DNA from: Methanocaldococcus sp. 16A
GTDB taxonomy: Archaea > AGJL01 > Methanococci > Methanococcales > Methanocaldococcaceae
NCBI GenBank assembly: GCA_049860595.1
Contig: CP187551.1
Direction: 5' to 3' (one strand)
DNA: 64,000 nt
Shown here: positions 8,880-19,646 of the stretch, piece by piece
Layout of the letters: each line of letters opens with the position of its first letter
Position numbering within the stretch: position 1 is the stretch's first letter
Program-made: the position numbers and the translations under genes
The notes under the pieces: generated by a model
Seen by the model: the letters and a program-made list of their open reading frames with translations, nothing else
Told to the model about the DNA's origin: nothing
Database searches by the model: none

Positions 8880-10922
8880 ATGGAAAGTAAAAATGATTTC
8901 ATGATAAACATATTTAAGATTGACACTAAAAATATAAACTTGCCTAAAAAAGCATATTTATACAAAATAAACATTGAAGAAAATCTTGGTGAACAAAAAC
9001 TACAAGAAATCTACAAGACTTTAGCTAATACTTATGGGCATGTTGATGAGAATAATATACTCTATTCTTATAGAAGAGTAAAATACCTCCCACCAAACAT
9101 TAAAAATGTAACACTCATTACCCATGATACTTTAAACTTAGATGAATTACCTAACGAAATTTCAAGAGAAGTTTTAAGAGTATATTTCAAAAATGTTTTA
9201 AAAAAAGATGTTAGAACAATATTACGAAACCTTGAAGAGAAGTATTTACCAAAAAATACTGTAGGTAATTGGAATATATATTAAGAGAATATCCTATGGT
9301 TAAAAGAGGTATTTTATATGAAACTCTAAAAGATAAGGGAAAAATAGAAGAGTTTGATGATAACCAACCAGTAATTGCTGGAAAAAAGTCTAAAATCTAT
9401 ACTGATGTTCTATATTTCCTACCACAATATTGTTACCCGGCATACCACCCATACTTGGTAAAAAATTATGAATTGGCTGGAATTAACAATATAAAAAAAA
9501 ATAGTAAGTTATAACAAACCATTTATATTACAAGATGTGTGTAAAATGTTAGACTATTTAGAATTCTCAGAAGATTATCAAATAATCCCACTAAGAGAAC
9601 CGAAACTCAAGGCTATGTTCATACAAAACAATACTATAACAACAAAAACTGTCTCATCAACTGCAAAATTATTTGGAAACATTACACAATTAGCAAAAGG
9701 AATATATCCTAACTCTCTACCATGCCCACTCAAAATTCCAGATTATTTAAAAAACGCTGAAAAAATAATAGTATTCATATTAGTCCTCGATAACCTTACA
9801 CAACAAGAAAAAGAAAACTTTGTGAAAATTCTCAAAACTGCCTTTGGAATATATAATAACATGAGAGATGTGTGGATAGAATTTAAAATTCCCATGCCAT
9901 ATTTTGATTTTCGTAAAAAGATAATCTATTTTGAAAACTCAAAAAAAGGAATTTCAGAAGCTATAAAAAAGATAAACAACATTTGTAAAAATCACAATAT
10001 AGATTTCAATACTGTAAAATTTGCATTCATATTTGGAAAACGCAGTAATAATGATTTTGATTATTATCAGCCTTTAAAAAAAGCATTATTTGATAACCAT
10101 ATACTAAGTCAAAATATCTTAGTTGATGATACTAAATCTCTCTATGCATACTCAAATATTATTTACGACATGCTCACTAAATTAGGTTATAAGTTTCTTG
10201 CCCTCGAAAAAGAGTTACCTTATGATTACATTTTAGGAGTGGATGTAGGTTACAGTGAGGCATATACAGGAAGAGTTGCTTGTTGCACTGCTATATTTGA
10301 TAGTAATGGACTACTAAAAAATCTCATTCCTATAAGCATAGAGAATTTCCCAAACTCTGAAAGTGCGAGAATAGGAGAACTATTAAGAAGAATTGATGAT
10401 AGTCTAATATATAATGATATTAATTTTAGCAATTCAAGAATATTATTACTTAGAGATGGGTATTTACAAAGAAGAGAAATAAAAGAACTAGAAGAGTTTT
10501 CAAAAGAGAGGGATTGTGAAATTACATACATTGGAGTTAAGAAAAATATACCATTCCAATTATTTGTCAGCCAAGAGGAAAATAACAATAAGAGAAAATT
10601 CATTTATTACCCATTGTGTGTTCGTTTAGGAGATATATATTTACTCTGTGCTCATAAGACAACCTATGGTTATCCACGATTTATAAAAATTCATGAAAAA
10701 TATGAGATAAAAAATGGTATTGGAAAAAAAACACCAATAAGTGAAAAGGATATTAATATAATATATCAACTAACCGCATTAAACCACTCTTCAGTAGGTA
10801 ATCCAAGCAATCTAAGATTACCATGTCCAATATATTATTCAGATATGTTAGCTAAAGCCCTAAAAAAAGGTTGGAAATTGAGAGAAGAATTATTAAAAGA
10901 GGGTGTATTGTATTTTATTTAA
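8880..10922 (+). pseudogene. ago: Disrupted long prokaryotic Argonaute in three pieces: N (8880-9284), partial PAZ/L2 (~9272-9514), MID-PIWI (9537-10922)
   Basis: PIWI motifs GVDVG, LRDG, LRLPCPIYYSD; MID YYQPLK..SQNI..TKLG; C-terminal LYFI; PAZ-like DDNQPVI..FLPQYC; frame breaks at ~9272-9284 and at the A9 tract 9493-9501. Confidence 0.85.
9537..10922 (+). CDS. Argonaute L2-MID-PIWI fragment, open 461-aa frame
   Basis: Uninterrupted ORF carrying the catalytic D-E-D-D residues and the MID pocket. Confidence 0.85.
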   Translation: MCKMLDYLEFSEDYQIIPLREPKLKAMFIQNNTITTKTVSSTAKLFGNITQLAKGIYPNSLPCPLKIPDYLKNAEKIIVFILVLDNLTQQEKENFVKILKTAFGIYNNMRDVWIEFKIPMPYFDFRKKIIYFENSKKGISEAIKKINNICKNHNIDFNTVKFAFIFGKRSNNDFDYYQPLKKALFDNHILSQNILVDDTKSLYAYSNIIYDMLTKLGYKFLALEKELPYDYILGVDVGYSEAYTGRVACCTAIFDSNGLLKNLIPISIENFPNSESARIGELLRRIDDSLIYNDINFSNSRILLLRDGYLQRREIKELEEFSKERDCEITYIGVKKNIPFQLFVSQEENNNKRKFIYYPLCVRLGDIYLLCAHKTTYGYPRFIKIHEKYEIKNGIGKKTPISEKDINIIYQLTALNHSSVGNPSNLRLPCPIYYSDMLAKALKKGWKLREELLKEGVLYFI

Positions 10923-11413
10923 AAAATCCTCTTTAATATATGATTAACATTAAACACCAATAACATTATAGTATATAAAAAAATAAGAAGGTAACTTTGG
11001 CAGTTATGGGATATAAATGTGGAATTGTGGGGATTTGTGGTGATAATGTGAAGTTCATAGTTAAATATATCCTTCTCTATTTTCCCCTTTAATATCTTTA
11101 TCATAAGTTCTATATTTTTCATATATTTACACATATTATTAATTATTATCTTAACATCCTCTGCAATAATTTAAATAATAAAAGCTTTTTTCCTAAAAAA
11201 ACCAAATTATTTATCGAGAAAATCTTAATTTAAAAATAATTATCTAAAATCTTATAAAAATTTTACTAATTTAATGTATCCAAATAAACAAAATATTAAA
11301 AATAAGCTACCCATAAAAATTATCTAAAAATCCTTAAATCTAAAAAATAACCATTTAAAAAGATTTAAATTAAAAATAAAAAATTTTCAGCGTGATAACA
11401 AAAATTTAAAAAA

Positions 11414-12148
11414 TTAATAAACATCAAATAACTCTCCTAATGTTATTTTTTTATCTGTCTTAACTAACTCTGGAATTTTTCCTTTAATACCAACTTTATC
11501 TCTAACAACAACAAAAACTCCATCTATCTTTTCTATTTCATCTGCCTTTTCTAATGCGTTGTTTATCATCTCTTCCTCATCTCTTCCTCTTGAAGCGTTA
11601 CATATTGATGTTGCTGCTGCATCTGCTATAGCAGAGCTTTTAGCAAAAACAGTAACTGCATCAGCCTCTCCAAAACTTATTGAATGCCCTACTGTTGCTG
11701 ATGAAGTACAAACACCATAAATATTTTTAATTTTCTCCTTCTTTAATTTAAATCCAACTTCTCCAGTAATTTTAGAGTTTCCAGCATATAAGCCAACAAC
11801 AACATCTTTTTTAGCCCTCAGGCATATATCTCCACCATTTTCAGCAATGATGTTTTTTGCCCCAATATTTTTAATTAGCATCTCCGCTATAGCTCCAGCA
11901 ACACTCGCCATAGGTCCTACATTAGCAATTTCTCCAGCCATAGCCATTAACTTTACAATTTCTGGAGAATCTGCATCTATAGAAATTGGATAGTAAGATG
12001 TTAAGAAATAAGGATTTTTTAATATATATCTCTCCAATTCTAATCTATTTTTTAAGATAATTTCTTCTGCTTTCTTGAAATACCTCTTATCATCTACCTT
12101 TAAAAGTATATTCGTTTCTTTTATTATGATTCTTTTTTTAAACCACAT
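11414..12148 (-). CDS. UPF0280 / ApbE-like protein
   Basis: GPMASVAG, ENGGDI, TSSATVGHSISFG motifs. Confidence 0.85.
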   Translation of the reverse strand: MWFKKRIIIKETNILLKVDDKRYFKKAEEIILKNRLELERYILKNPYFLTSYYPISIDADSPEIVKLMAMAGEIANVGPMASVAGAIAEMLIKNIGAKNIIAENGGDICLRAKKDVVVGLYAGNSKITGEVGFKLKKEKIKNIYGVCTSSATVGHSISFGEADAVTVFAKSSAIADAAATSICNASRGRDEEEMINNALEKADEIEKIDGVFVVVRDKVGIKGKIPELVKTDKKITLGELFDVY

Positions 12149-12149
12149 G

Positions 12150-13121
12150 TTATTCCACCAAATTATAAAAATCTACAATCATTTTTAAGTCATCTTCTAA
12201 AATTCTACCTTTTGTAGTTAAATAATTTCCAACCATTAATCCATCCAAAGCCATTAAAGCATAGGATTGTAAATCTCTCAAATTATATACTCTTCCACCA
12301 GCCAATCTAATTTCTGCATAAGGCATAATTATTTTATATAAAGCCAAAGACTTTAGAGCATCTGAAATACCTATTGGCTTAATTTCTCCATTTTTTATTT
12401 TTTCATAAGCTTTAGTTCCTTCAATTGGGTGTAAAATATTTATTGGGACACTATCAACTCTTAACTCTTTAAGTTCAAAAGCCATTTTTATTCTTTCTTC
12501 TAAGCTTTCTCCAAGTCCAAATATCCCACCACTACAAACTTCTAAGCCAAGCTTTTTAGCCTCTTTTATTATTTTAACTTTATCTTCATAAGAATGAGTT
12601 GAGCATATGTTTTTAAAGTGGTTTTTTGATGTTTCTAAGTTGTTGTGCAATCTCACATTTAATTTTTTTAATTCCTTTAATTTTTCTTTCTCTAATAAAC
12701 CCAAAGAACAACATACTTTTAAATTTGTTTCTTCTTTTATGAGCTCTAGAGCTTCAAGAATTTCTATAAATTCATCATCATTAATTTTTTTACCACTTGT
12801 AACTATGCTAAATCTTTCAACGATTCCATCAAAATTTTTAGCATATTCTAAAATCTCCCTTTTTGATTTTAATGGATATATTGGGATGTTGCAATTATTG
12901 TGAATTGACTGAGAGCAGAAAATACAATTCTCTGAACATTTTCCACTTTTAGCGTTTATTATAGCACATAATTTAATTTTATCATTATTTTTTACTTTAT
13001 TTTTTATCTTAAAAGATAAATATAGCAAATCTATGGCATTGAAGTTTTTGTAAAGATATATGGCGTCATCAAAACTTATCCTATTTTTTAAAGATTTTTC
13101 TAAAAAAGTTTCAACATCCAT
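12150..13121 (-). CDS. bioB: Biotin synthase
   Basis: CxxxCxxC (CSENCIFC), HNNLET, CSGGIFG, SVPIN, RLAGGR, GNYLTT. Confidence 0.95.
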   Translation of the reverse strand: MDVETFLEKSLKNRISFDDAIYLYKNFNAIDLLYLSFKIKNKVKNNDKIKLCAIINAKSGKCSENCIFCSQSIHNNCNIPIYPLKSKREILEYAKNFDGIVERFSIVTSGKKINDDEFIEILEALELIKEETNLKVCCSLGLLEKEKLKELKKLNVRLHNNLETSKNHFKNICSTHSYEDKVKIIKEAKKLGLEVCSGGIFGLGESLEERIKMAFELKELRVDSVPINILHPIEGTKAYEKIKNGEIKPIGISDALKSLALYKIIMPYAEIRLAGGRVYNLRDLQSYALMALDGLMVGNYLTTKGRILEDDLKMIVDFYNLVE

Positions 13122-13175
13122 AAAAATCACCTTCCATCAGTAATAAAAATAAGATTTAAAGTTTATCTTAAAAAT

Positions 13176-13245
13176 AGGACTTTCATAGGAATAAATATAT
13201 CTATCGACATCCAACTATCCTTATAATATAAATTGCGAAAGTTCT
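13176..13245. repeat. Palindromic repeat family A, short variant, copy 3
   Basis: AGGACTTTCATAGGAATAAA...TTGCGAAAGTTCT; right end overlaps the TAG stop of gene 13244-13573. Confidence 0.75.
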
Positions 13246-13573
13246 ATTTAAAAGTCTCTTTGTAGTATTTCTCTGTTATATCTCCAAATATTGGAAATTT
13301 ATATTTTTCTCCATTGTAAGCTTTAATCATTCCAACAATCCACAAGATAATCATAGCGATATCTATTAAAGTAGAAGCAATCCATCCTACTATTATAATC
13401 TTTGAAACGAATAAATCCACCAAATTTAAACTTAAAAATGTTATAAATGACTGCATTGCATGAAATCTAATAAAATCATCTTCTTTTTCTAACAATAAAA
13501 ATATCAATCCACTAACCCAAAACAGCAGATAACATAAAGCCCCCTCTACATTTTTATCTAATCCAAAAGCCAT
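13244..13573 (-). CDS. DUF4870 / UPF0132 small membrane protein
   Basis: GALCY...FIRFHAMQS...KAYNGEKYKFP. Confidence 0.8.
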   Translation of the reverse strand: MAFGLDKNVEGALCYLLFWVSGLIFLLLEKEDDFIRFHAMQSFITFLSLNLVDLFVSKIIIVGWIASTLIDIAMIILWIVGMIKAYNGEKYKFPIFGDITEKYYKETFK

Positions 13574-13622
13574 AATATCACCAAAAAAAAATATAAAATA
13601 TTATTATAATATAAAAATATAT

Positions 13623-14288
<666 letters not shown>

Positions 14289-14301
14289 TCACCGTGAGAG
14301 T

Positions 14302-14814
14302 ATGGTAATTCAGACTAAGATAGTTCAGATAAAAGATTATTTCATAGGGATAGTATTTAAAGATAATCAATTAGTTAAGAATACAATCCCTCTAAGAAGA
14401 GAAGAGATATCCAAATTTTTCAATGGAGAGATTAGTAGGGAGAGTAAATATTTAAGAGTGGCAGAAATTATATTAGAACTATATCTTGGAAAAATGGATG
14501 ATAAAGAAGCAAGAAGGATAATAAACTATAAATTAGAAGTTTCAGAATTTACAAAAAAGGTTTTAGATGTTGTTAAAGATATAGAATTTGGGGAGGTATT
14601 AACTTATGGAGATATAGCCAAAAAACTAAACACTTCACCAAGAGCTGTTGGAAGGGCATTAAAAGCTAATCCTTTACCTTTAATAATCCCTTGCCATAGA
14701 GTTGTTGCTAAAAATTCTTTAGGCGGATATTCTTATGGTGTGGATAAAAAAAGATTTATCTTAGAGATAGAAAAAATTAGAAAAAATAGAAAAATAATAA
14801 AAAATAAACAGTAA
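14302..14814 (+). CDS. ogt: Methylated-DNA--protein-cysteine methyltransferase
   Basis: PCHRVV active site; RAVG. Confidence 0.95.
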   Translation: MVIQTKIVQIKDYFIGIVFKDNQLVKNTIPLRREEISKFFNGEISRESKYLRVAEIILELYLGKMDDKEARRIINYKLEVSEFTKKVLDVVKDIEFGEVLTYGDIAKKLNTSPRAVGRALKANPLPLIIPCHRVVAKNSLGGYSYGVDKKRFILEIEKIRKNRKIIKNKQ

Positions 14815-14848
14815 AAAATAACAGGCAATTTAATTAATTAGTGGGAAC

Positions 14849-15319
14849 ATGATAATAAGAAAATTTACATCTAATGATTTAGATGCTGTTGAAGAAATTG
14901 AAAAAGAAGCATTTAAAACTCCTTATCCTACTGAGTTAATTTTAGGAATATGGGCTATGTATCCAAACTGTTTTTATGTGGCAGAGGTTGATAGAAAAGT
15001 TGTTGGCTATATTTTAGGAAGTATGGATTGGGGAAATGGACATATTGTATCATTAGCCGTCAAAAAGGAATATAGAGGGCTTGGAATAGGAACGGCTTTA
15101 TTAAAAACATTAGAAAACTATTATTTCAATGTAGCCAATTGTAATTATATAGTTTTGGAGGTTAGAGTTTCAAACATTGTTGCAAGAAAATTTTATTATA
15201 AGATGGGTTATAAAGATAGAAAGCTCCTTCCAGAATATTATGAAGATGGAGAAGATGCCATACTAATGATAAAAAAGAAACCTAATGCTATAGGACCATT
15301 AATAATAACCTTATGGTGA
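14849..15319 (+). CDS. N-alpha-acetyltransferase (RimI/Ard1-like GNAT)
   Basis: SLAV..YRGLGIG, LEVRVSN..A..FY, YYEDGEDA. Confidence 0.9.
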   Translation: MIIRKFTSNDLDAVEEIEKEAFKTPYPTELILGIWAMYPNCFYVAEVDRKVVGYILGSMDWGNGHIVSLAVKKEYRGLGIGTALLKTLENYYFNVANCNYIVLEVRVSNIVARKFYYKMGYKDRKLLPEYYEDGEDAILMIKKKPNAIGPLIITLW

Positions 15320-15324
15320 TTTAA

Positions 15325-16038
15325 ATGATAATAATTCCTGCAGTTGATTTAAAAGATAAAAAGTGTGTTCAATTAATTCAAGGAGACCCTAATAAAAAGC
15401 ATTTGGAGATAGATAATCCAGTTGAAGTTGCTAAAAAATTTGTAAATGAAGGGGCTGAGTATTTGCACATAGTTGATTTAGATGCCGCATTGGGAAGTGG
15501 GAATAATAGAGATATTATTAAAAACATTATAAAAGAAGTTAATGTTCCAGTTGAAGTTGGAGGAGGAATTAGAAGTTTAGAGATAGCAAAAGAATTAGTT
15601 GATATAGGTGTTGATAGAATTGTAGTAGGAACTAAGGCAATTTTAGAGCCAAAATTTATAGATGAGTTAAATAAAGAGATTGGAAAGGATAAGATTGTTT
15701 TAGCCGTAGAATGTAAAAATGGAAAAGTAGCAGTTAAAGGATGGAAAGAAACTATTGATAAAACTCCAATTCAAGTTATTAAAGAATTTGAAGATAAAAT
15801 TGGCTATATATTATTTACAAATGTAGATGTTGAAGGTTTATTAAAGGGAGTAAAGGTTGATGTAATTAAAGAAATAATAGACAAAACAGATATTCCTATT
15901 ATTTATTCTGGTGGAATTACTACCTTAGAAGATATAAAAGCATTAAAAGAACTTGGCATTCATGGAGTAGTTATTGGTTCAGCGCTATATAAAGGGTTGA
16001 TTGATTTAAAGGAAGCTATAAAAATAGCTAAAAGTTAA
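15325..16038 (+). CDS. hisA: ProFAR isomerase
   Basis: IIPAVDL, HIVDLD, GGGIRS, SGGI. Confidence 0.95.
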   Translation: MIIIPAVDLKDKKCVQLIQGDPNKKHLEIDNPVEVAKKFVNEGAEYLHIVDLDAALGSGNNRDIIKNIIKEVNVPVEVGGGIRSLEIAKELVDIGVDRIVVGTKAILEPKFIDELNKEIGKDKIVLAVECKNGKVAVKGWKETIDKTPIQVIKEFEDKIGYILFTNVDVEGLLKGVKVDVIKEIIDKTDIPIIYSGGITTLEDIKALKELGIHGVVIGSALYKGLIDLKEAIKIAKS

Positions 16039-16076
16039 AAACCACAAAACGAAGTTTCTAATTAAATACTTTTAAT

Positions 16077-16168
16077 AAGACTTTCGTAGTTAATGTATTA
16101 TTTTTGGAACTTTGACACCTTTAGGAGTCTATATTCATAGCAAATATATTTATTCCTGCGAAAGTTCT
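16077..16168. repeat. Palindromic repeat family A, copy 4
   Basis: Reverse complement differs from the copy at 18446-18536 at only four positions. Confidence 0.9.
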
Positions 16169-16186
16169 ATTTTAAATTACTAAGAG

Positions 16187-16248
16187 GCATTACTTCCAAA
16201 GGAAGCAATGCATCCTGGGGTATACCAATAGGGGCGTAGCTCCAATGG
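16187..16248. repeat. GC-richer double-hairpin intergenic element (family C, MJRE-like)
   Basis: GCATTACTTCC-AAA-GGAAGCAATGC hairpin, then GGGGTATACCAATAGGGGC-GTA-GCTCCAATGG hairpin, between the convergent hisA and PINA genes. Confidence 0.6.
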
Positions 16249-16260
16249 AAAGTTAATTTT

Positions 16261-18189
16261 TTACTGAATATCCACATATATATCCCTTCCCTCATCCATT
16301 GCATCTAAAAGTTCTTTTCCTACCTTTGTTTTTTTGTTTATCCTTACTGTCCCATCATTTCTAACAGTTACAGTTGTTAATAACTTTCCATCTATGTATA
16401 TCCTTATATTCTCTCCTGCAAAGTCTTCCCCAACATCCACAATTACATATTTATCAGTTTCATAAATTTTTGTTGATTCAAGCTCATTTACAAATTCATA
16501 CTTTCTATATATTCTATCTAAATCTTTTTCTTCTTCTTTTTCCTTTTCTTTGACTGAAATCTTTAATCCAAGCATATCCTCTAATTTTGATATCTCCCTA
16601 CCACCTTTACCTATAATAGCTCCAACATATTTCTCTGGAACAATTAAATCAATTGAATTATCTCCAGTAACTTTTACCATTGGCTTTGCCTTCCTTGGAA
16701 GAAGTTTTCTCAATATCTCCTCCAATTTCTCTTCAGCATATCCGTATATTGGAGCTTTTTTATTATCCTCTTCTTTAATTGGCATAACAACTACTTGCTC
16801 TCCATAGGTATAGATTTCATACTCAACTTTTCCAGTTTCAAAGTCTTTAACTTCAATAACTGGCCTTGCCAAATCTTCTTCAACCATTCCATAAGGCACT
16901 TTAACTGTAAAGTCTATTTCATAAACCTTCTGTATTTTTCCATCCTTTATGAATATCACTGTATCAACAACTTGCGGAATAACTCCAAGCTCAACTCTCC
17001 CAATTAATCTTTGTATAGCATCTATTGGTTTTGAGGCATGAACTACCCCAACCATTCCAACGCCAGCCATCCTCATGTCTGCAAATATCTCAAAGTCTCT
17101 TGTCTTTCTAACTTCATCATAAATTGTGTAATCAGGTCTAACCAATAATAATATGTCGCATGTTTTCTCCATATCTCCTTCCAATGGGGCATATTGAGTT
17201 ATCTCCTTACTAACCTGTAAATCTCTTGGACTTTCCATTGTCTTAACTATCTTTCCTTGACTTCTATAAAACTCCGCTAAAGCAGCAACAAATGTAGATT
17301 TTCCGCTTCCTGGAGGTCCAGAAACAAAAATTCCCTCTGCTCTTTCTTTTAATCTCTGCATTAATTTCTCTGACAATTCGTAATCCTCCAATGAAGCTTT
17401 AACTACTGGTCTAACTGCTGTAACTTCCAAAGCCTCAGAAAATGGTGGCCTTGCGATTGAAATCCTGATATTACCTAACTGAATAACTGTAGCCCCTTTT
17501 CTCTGAATTTCAAAGAATCCATTGTTTTGTTCAGCATACTTTATAATGTTGTCAATAATATCTTCCATTTCTTCTTTAGTTAGCTCTTTCTCTCCAATAG
17601 GTACAAGCTTTACAGCTCCTGGCTTACCTTTTTTAGCATAAGGAAGACAGCCCTCTTTTAAATGCACAGACATTGTTTCTTCATCAAAGTATTTATCTAA
17701 TACAAGCTCAACTTCTTCTTCCATAGCTTCTAAGAAGTAAGCTTCAATACCCTGTGCTTTAGCTAAGTTGTATTGAATCCAATCACTTGTTAATAATATA
17801 GAGTTTGTCTCTTTAGCTACTTTTCTAATCATTGCATCTATCTCTCCACTTTTTGCTAAAAATATCTCTTCTCTTGTAGGTCTTTCTCCACAGTATTCAA
17901 CTTTAATGTTATGTTCGTTAGCTTTCTCTGTTAATTTTCTAAGCTCTTCTATTCCTTTATATCCAATTTCTCTTCCCATATTCGCTTGATATTCTAATTC
18001 AGAGACTACAGCCTCTGGAATAATTATTGTAGCATCTTTCAGTTTACCTCTCTCAATTAATTCAGTTATTCTGCCATCTATAACTACACATGTATCAACA
18101 CAAACCTTTTTTCCGATTAAATCTAATTCATCTATAGACTTTGTTTCCATTTTCTTTCTTTCTTCAAGATTCATACCTGTCACCTTCAA
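16261..18189 (-). CDS. PINA-type ATPase (PIN domain + PilT/VirB11-like ATPase + KH domain)
   Basis: N-terminal PIN (DTCVVID), Walker A GPPGSGKS, DEVR, KH GAIIGKGG. Confidence 0.85.
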   Translation of the reverse strand: MKVTGMNLEERKKMETKSIDELDLIGKKVCVDTCVVIDGRITELIERGKLKDATIIIPEAVVSELEYQANMGREIGYKGIEELRKLTEKANEHNIKVEYCGERPTREEIFLAKSGEIDAMIRKVAKETNSILLTSDWIQYNLAKAQGIEAYFLEAMEEEVELVLDKYFDEETMSVHLKEGCLPYAKKGKPGAVKLVPIGEKELTKEEMEDIIDNIIKYAEQNNGFFEIQRKGATVIQLGNIRISIARPPFSEALEVTAVRPVVKASLEDYELSEKLMQRLKERAEGIFVSGPPGSGKSTFVAALAEFYRSQGKIVKTMESPRDLQVSKEITQYAPLEGDMEKTCDILLLVRPDYTIYDEVRKTRDFEIFADMRMAGVGMVGVVHASKPIDAIQRLIGRVELGVIPQVVDTVIFIKDGKIQKVYEIDFTVKVPYGMVEEDLARPVIEVKDFETGKVEYEIYTYGEQVVVMPIKEEDNKKAPIYGYAEEKLEEILRKLLPRKAKPMVKVTGDNSIDLIVPEKYVGAIIGKGGREISKLEDMLGLKISVKEKEKEEEKDLDRIYRKYEFVNELESTKIYETDKYVIVDVGEDFAGENIRIYIDGKLLTTVTVRNDGTVRINKKTKVGKELLDAMDEGRDIYVDIQ

Positions 18190-18445
18190 ATTAAGCTTAT
18201 AATGTAATTTAGAATTAAGATGATGATTTGAACAATTACAAATTTGTGATAAACTTCCTAAATATTATTTATATTATTTAAATGGTTTTGACATTTAAAC
18301 ATTTTTTTAGAATTAAATATTTTTTTAGATAAATTAATAACCCCTATCAGAAATTTTTACCTCTATAAATATTTTTCGATTTGTGGTAAATAGAAAACTT
18401 AATTACTACCATAAAATGATAATATAATAATTGTGGTTAATACAC

Positions 18446-18536
18446 AGGACTTTCGCAGGAATAAATATATTTGTATGAATATAGACTCCTAAAGGTGTCA
18501 AAGTTCCAAAAATAATACATTAACTGCGAAAGTCCT
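18446..18536. repeat. Palindromic repeat family A, copy 5
   Basis: Perfect 16-bp inverted repeat CACAGGACTTTCGCAG / CTGCGAAAGTCCTGTG (18443-18539), directly upstream of the mer RBS. Confidence 0.9.
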
Positions 18537-18540
18537 GTGA

Positions 18541-19557
<1,017 letters not shown>

Positions 19558-19646
19558 ATTAAGAGAATAAAAATTTTCTCCTAAATTTTTCTTTTTTATT
19601 TATCTTTAAATAGAATTAAAAAAATTATTTTAAGATTTTTAGAGAT

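Noticed and set aside
8880-10922. Short pAgo system with an APAZ-effector fusion (SPARTA/SPARSA type)
   Set aside because: The PIWI tetrad is intact, the upstream pieces look like N and PAZ of a long pAgo, and no TIR/SIR2/nuclease domain is present
10919-11134. 71-aa minus-strand ORF as a pAgo partner or effector
   Set aside because: No recognisable domain, convergent to ago, atypical composition; better explained as non-coding leader-like DNA
16261-18189. PIN-domain toxin-antitoxin module
   Set aside because: The PIN domain is fused to ATPase and KH domains as in the conserved archaeal PINA protein; no antitoxin gene is adjacent
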